Shown piece by piece: positions 60,387 to 64,000 of a stretch of 64,000 nucleotides of DNA; the first letter of the stretch is position 1, and the number at the start of each line of letters is the position of its first letter. The notes under the pieces are model-generated. The model was not told the DNA's origin, made no database searches, and was given only the letters and a program-made list of their open reading frames with translations. The position numbers and the translations under genes were made by a program. The stretch comes from a virus: the IMG/VR virus record IMGVR_UViG_3300011116_001048, positions 54,565 to 118,564 of that record. One strand, 5' to 3'.

Positions 60387-60516
60387 ATGGTGATCGGGCT
60401 GAGTTGGTCGTAGACAGTCCTCAAGCGAACTACGCTACTCATGCTAAAAAGGGAACTTCGCTACCTTTCGGTCGTCATAGGGCAGGGGAGAGTTCGCGCT
60501 CTCTCCTGCTTTTTTT
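60387..60516 (+). ncRNA. Candidate structured small RNA (three-way junction with complementary loops)
   Basis: Late promoter, GC-rich non-coding tract with closing stem, two hairpins whose loops pair (AGCGAA/TTCGCT), and a terminator; only an 8-codon ORF. Confidence 0.62.
60482..60516 (+). terminator. Intrinsic terminator
   Basis: GCAGGGGAGAG-TTCGCG-CTCTCTCCTGC (11 bp, one G-U) followed by T7. Confidence 0.88.
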
Positions 60517-60523
60517 ATAAATA
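60516..60523 (+). promoter_or_regulatory. T4-type late promoter (TATAAATA)
   Basis: Perfect consensus overlapping the terminator T-run; AAGGAA RBS before the ATG at 60555. Confidence 0.75.
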
Positions 60524-60554
60524 CAGGTAAGAGTATATAGCAAGGAATACCAAA

Positions 60555-61490
60555 ATGGATATAGAAAATATTAAAAAGAATATTAAACAATCAATTGTAC
60601 AAAACTTTATAGCAGAAGCCAAGATGAAAGACGGCCCGGGCAAGACCAGCCAACGCCCAAAAAGTTGGGACAAAGGCATCAAGGCCGGTTCGGAGAAACG
60701 CAAGATGCGTGAACAAGGCAAGCGTGAAGCCCGCGATATGCAAGAGGGAGTCGGTGATTTTTTTGGTACAGATAGAGAAGGAAACACCCGAGGATTAGGT
60801 AGAAATTATGGTGTAGAACACGAGCCTGATGTGGTATCGGGAGCAGAAATGACTCATATTCAACACTTTGAGCAAGTTGATCCGCGAGATGTTAGTAAAG
60901 GATTTCAGTACAGAAAAGGTTCAAAACTAGCAAGACACGGTATTCCTGTTGCACTGTTAAACACTTCAACTCTGCTACCAAAATCAGGAGCCGAAGCAGA
61001 ATTTGCAAAACTACCTAATGCGCTAAAATATCTGCAAGACGTTAAAAATTACCATTGGGATTCGTACAGCCGAAACGTTGATGCAAGACGAAGTGGCCTT
61101 AAAGGAGCAGGAGCCAATGTGCGATACCACACTCAGATGGGTATTGCTACAAAAGCTTTAATAGAAAAACTCAGAGGCGGTCAACAAACTAGTAGTTTAA
61201 CAGAAGGCGAATCTTGGGGACCAGAGTTTGCTGGTTCGTCTCAAGACGATGCCACCGCTCGTGCTTACGAAGAACAAAGCCGAGAAGCAGACATGGAACC
61301 TACTCCCAAGACTCATAAAGATGTTATAAAAGAACTGTCTGCCGCACACGAAAAACGGTCTGCCGCACATGAAGCAGCGTTAAGTCATGCGTATACCGCA
61401 GCAACTATGGGTAAAAGGAAACTAACTCCAGAGCAAATGAGAGACGTGTATCATAAACACTACAGAAGTAGTATGGGTAGCCCAGACTGA
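60555..61490 (+). CDS. Late hypothetical protein (putative capsid-internal)
   Basis: 311 aa; NFIAE, MQE and LTE sites separate modules. Confidence 0.72.
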   Translation: MDIENIKKNIKQSIVQNFIAEAKMKDGPGKTSQRPKSWDKGIKAGSEKRKMREQGKREARDMQEGVGDFFGTDREGNTRGLGRNYGVEHEPDVVSGAEMTHIQHFEQVDPRDVSKGFQYRKGSKLARHGIPVALLNTSTLLPKSGAEAEFAKLPNALKYLQDVKNYHWDSYSRNVDARRSGLKGAGANVRYHTQMGIATKALIEKLRGGQQTSSLTEGESWGPEFAGSSQDDATARAYEEQSREADMEPTPKTHKDVIKELSAAHEKRSAAHEAALSHAYTAATMGKRKLTPEQMRDVYHKHYRSSMGSPD

Positions 61491-61715
61491 TACGATATTT
61501 GTAACTGTTACGAATATTGTAATCAAATATAAAATTTATAACACAATACGAACTTCCTGTCCGTTACAAAATTCGTAACTGGATAAGAAATTCGTAAGTG
61601 TGTTGTATTTTGTGTACAAACTTTCTGTCTGTTACAAACTTCCTAACGAATAGGAAATTCGTAACAGATTTAAATTATAAAATTAGGTGGAGTTCCCGTC
61701 CGCACTTCCTGTCCG
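61491..61715. repeat. Cluster of three related imperfect inverted repeats plus a 12-bp direct repeat
   Basis: Hairpins 61491-61521, 61537-61607, 61628-61668 built from GTTAC/GTAAC and TTCGTAA elements; ACTTCCTGTCCG at 61552 and 61704. Confidence 0.8.
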
Positions 61716-61717
61716 GT

Positions 61718-62017
61718 TTATCGCCACCGACGACCTTGCATATTATTGCCTTGATCGTAGCGTCCGCGTAGACTTTTGGGTTGGCCGCGTTTGATCTTGT
61801 TCATCAGTTCGCTCCAGCGTCCGCCGGTAGCCTTATCTGGCGTCAAAGTGTAGTCTGCTCCCAATGCGGGCGTACATCCGGCCCATGACTTCTTCACGGT
61901 TCCTTCCGCCTTGCACTTGGGACATGGAAGAGTGGTGGGCAGGTCACGATCCTTCATCATATGGACTTCTTCCCATAACTTCTTACACTTATCACACTCA
62001 TAGTTGTAGGTTGGCAT
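61718..62017 (-). CDS. FmdB-family zinc-ribbon protein
   Basis: MPTYNYECDKC...PCPKC; CATAAATA at 62023-62030, 5 nt before ATG. Confidence 0.85.
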   Translation of the reverse strand: MPTYNYECDKCKKLWEEVHMMKDRDLPTTLPCPKCKAEGTVKKSWAGCTPALGADYTLTPDKATGGRWSELMNKIKRGQPKSLRGRYDQGNNMQGRRWR

Positions 62018-62177
62018 GGAAGTATTTATGGGACTTTGGGGATGCGTCTGATAACCTAGTATACTTCACCCTGTCCGATAAGCAAATGGTATCTCCGATA
62101 TTCCGATTCCCGTATCTGGATTCTGTGAATACAAAATGTATAATACACAATATACTATCAACTTTCTGAACTTTATT

Positions 62178-62789
62178 TCAGCCGTAGAAGCGGGACAGGG
62201 CAGCGTACACCTGGGACGGAATGGTGGCGTGGGCCTTGGCCTTGAAGTCGCTGGGCATCATCTCCACCATTCGCCACGACCTGTACGGGTTCCGTCCGCT
62301 CCGCCAGCATCCTGTGTCACGCATCAGATGGTGAGAATAAATGTACAGGTTGGCGTACCGGGCGTATGCAGCCACATCTATAGGCAAGCCCTTGGCTTTG
62401 GCAAGACGCATGGCTCGTATTTCTGCATCACGCTCAAACGCCATCACACGGGCGAACGCCTTGCGTAGCACCGCTGGGGCTGGAGCCTTGCCACGGTGAA
62501 GGTAGTCGTGGACAATACAGGCGGCTGCGTTGTCGGCGTTGTACACATGGGCGGGCTGTTCCACCCATTGACGGAAGTGGGCGTACTCGTGGAGGAGTGT
62601 GCCAAGCCAATGGGGATGGCCCCGTGCCACCCTGATGATCCGGCGACGGTCGCAGAAGAAGCCCTCTGCCCGCCAGCCACCTCCGTTCACTTCCCGGCCC
62701 CGACCAAAGCAAAGACGGAACCCATAGGAATGGAGTTCCGCCTTCACTTGCTCAACGAACTTTCGTACTTCGGATTTCAGTTTCCCCAT
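62178..62789 (-). CDS. HExxH metallopeptidase-like protein
   Basis: TLLHEYAHFRQW and downstream ERDAE; GC-rich. Confidence 0.68.
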   Translation of the reverse strand: MGKLKSEVRKFVEQVKAELHSYGFRLCFGRGREVNGGGWRAEGFFCDRRRIIRVARGHPHWLGTLLHEYAHFRQWVEQPAHVYNADNAAACIVHDYLHRGKAPAPAVLRKAFARVMAFERDAEIRAMRLAKAKGLPIDVAAYARYANLYIYSHHLMRDTGCWRSGRNPYRSWRMVEMMPSDFKAKAHATIPSQVYAALSRFYG

Positions 62790-62804
62790 TCTGAACCCTC
62801 CGTA

Positions 62805-64000
62805 TTATGTATGCTTTGCCACCGCCTCAACCATGCGGTTCACAAGACTACGGCTGACGATCTTGCGGGACAGGCTCTTGATGAACTGCGACTTGAGCCG
62901 GGTGTAGTTGGTGTTGCTCAAGTCCAAATCCTCGTAGGCATCCGTTTCCTGCTTGCGGGCGATACGGATGGCGAACACAGAGCCGAAGCCAAGGCCGTCC
63001 CCAGCCACCTTGCTGCCGTCGTGGGTGTACACCACCGGGAGAGCAGACAGGTAGTACTCGTCGTTCCAATGCTTGCCAAGAGCATCACCAGCAGGATCGT
63101 CCTTCAGGTAGTACTTGTTGGCATCACGAACCACCTTGCCGTCCGGGGTAGCCAGCGTGTAGCCGGGGATGATGTCGTTGGGCGTGTTGTTGCCCGACAG
63201 GTACAGCATCATGGTGTTGCAGCCCGTTTCGTCCATCAGATACGAGGCCAGCACATTGGTGCTGATGTTGTTGCGGAGGCTGTACGACGCACCCGTGCGA
63301 GGGTTGGTCAGACGAGTGAACCGATCACCGCTACCGTAGTAGTGGTTGTCCAGCGGCGAACTGCTGGTGCTGCCGTCCGTCACCACCACCACATTCATAA
63401 TCTCCGCACGGTGCTTCTTGCGGAACTCCTTGACCATCTGCACCGATGCAACGAGCGAATGGTCGAGCGGAGTGTCGCCCAGCGAGAGCCAATACGGGAA
63501 CGACGGAGCGTGGAGGCTGTAGTTGGGCTTGCTGGGGTTCATGTTGTACGCCAGCATCCACAACTTCTCCATCGCATCCTTGTAGGTCGCACCGTTCATG
63601 GTGCTGCTGGCGAAGTTGTACAGGAAGAACGGCGAGTGCGTTGCCACATTGGGCTTGCTGCTGTTGGTGATGAACCCCTTCGCCAAGTCCTCGAACTTGG
63701 TGGCCTCCTGCTCGTCCTGCATCGTCCTACGATAATCGTAGTAGTCACCGTAGTACTTGTCGCTGGGCTGGTTGCTGCTGAAAGCGTACACATCGAATGG
63801 CACACCGATGCGACGGAAGAACGAGGTGAGCGTGTACATCTGCTTCACCACATTCAGGATCACGCCACCCATAGAACCCGACCAATCCAGCAGCAGAATG
63901 AACCCGTGGTTCTTGCCGTTGGGCTTGATGGTGAAGTGCTTGAACAAGTCCTCGTTCCACTTGTAGGTGGACAGCAGGCCCATGTCCAGCGTTCCCGACT
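62805..64000 (-). CDS. C-terminal part of a vWA-domain (CobT-like) protein, 5' end outside window
   Basis: Open to window edge (SGTLDMGLLSTYKWNEDLFK); MIDAS LLLDWSGSM, LGDTPL, VVVTDG. Confidence 0.8.
   Translation of the reverse strand, partial: SGTLDMGLLSTYKWNEDLFKHFTIKPNGKNHGFILLLDWSGSMGGVILNVVKQMYTLTSFFRRIGVPFDVYAFSSNQPSDKYYGDYYDYRRTMQDEQEATKFEDLAKGFITNSSKPNVATHSPFFLYNFASSTMNGATYKDAMEKLWMLAYNMNPSKPNYSLHAPSFPYWLSLGDTPLDHSLVASVQMVKEFRKKHRAEIMNVVVVTDGSTSSSPLDNHYYGSGDRFTRLTNPRTGASYSLRNNISTNVLASYLMDETGCNTMMLYLSGNNTPNDIIPGYTLATPDGKVVRDANKYYLKDDPAGDALGKHWNDEYYLSALPVVYTHDGSKVAGDGLGFGSVFAIRIARKQETDAYEDLDLSNTNYTRLKSQFIKSLSRKIVSRSLVNRMVEAVAKHT

Noticed and set aside
60387-60516. tRNA, hammerhead, twister or fluoride riboswitch identity for the structured RNA
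   Set aside because: No cloverleaf or CCA; catalytic or ligand-binding consensus nucleotides are missing. Left as unknown ncRNA.
62040-62177. TCCGAT repeats and TATAAT/TATACT boxes as an antisense promoter
   Set aside because: No convincing -35 at proper spacing and the repeats are short enough to be chance.
62136-63966. Alternate-frame ORFs in the GC-rich end
   Set aside because: Expected by-products of high GC; the main minus-strand ORFs carry the recognisable motifs.
1-64000. Stop-codon reassignment or programmed readthrough
   Set aside because: Core genes are intact in the standard code and TAA, TGA and TAG all end genes at sensible positions.

Overview
64-kb segment of a large T4-like (myovirus-type) bacteriophage genome, standard genetic code, with no tRNA, CRISPR array, intron or intein seen. 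Bases 1-6.6 kb hold the T4-like recombination/replication core (end of gp47, gp46, RNase H, gp45, gp44, gp62, regA). 6.6-20.1 kb is a strongly AT-rich island of 17 contiguous, apparently soluble glycan-synthesis genes (GT10/11/25/47/4/2-like, HtrL-like, two methyltransferases, an O-acetyltransferase, RmlB). 20.1-31.9 kb encodes late virion/tail proteins (collagen repeats, tail fibre, chaperone) that are rich in a G-hydrophobic-T tripeptide. 32-45.4 kb is a second replication/nucleotide block (dut, Nmad1-like, gp43, uvsX, gp41, gp61, thyX, class II nrdJ with a downstream HNH endonuclease). After a bidirectional terminator at 45.45 kb, mostly minus-strand late genes encode likely capsid-packaged proteins with prohead-protease-like x-x-E sites, two tandem PEP-CTERM-like surface proteins, a trypsin-like lipoprotein, a RuvC-like resolvase, candidate lysis membrane proteins, an exonuclease and a GNAT. 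At 60.39-60.52 kb a late-promoter-to-terminator non-coding unit folds into a three-way junction with complementary loops; at 61.49-61.72 kb there is a cluster of related hairpins; the window ends in GC-rich genes (HExxH peptidase, vWA/CobT-like). Best leads: the structured ncRNA, a possible virion O-glycosylation system (GT island plus G-x-T motifs), and phage-encoded exosortase substrates that suggest a Planctomycetota (Phycisphaerae-like) host. Family assignments come from motif recognition by eye, not database searches; GC values are hand counts on single 60-nt lines.
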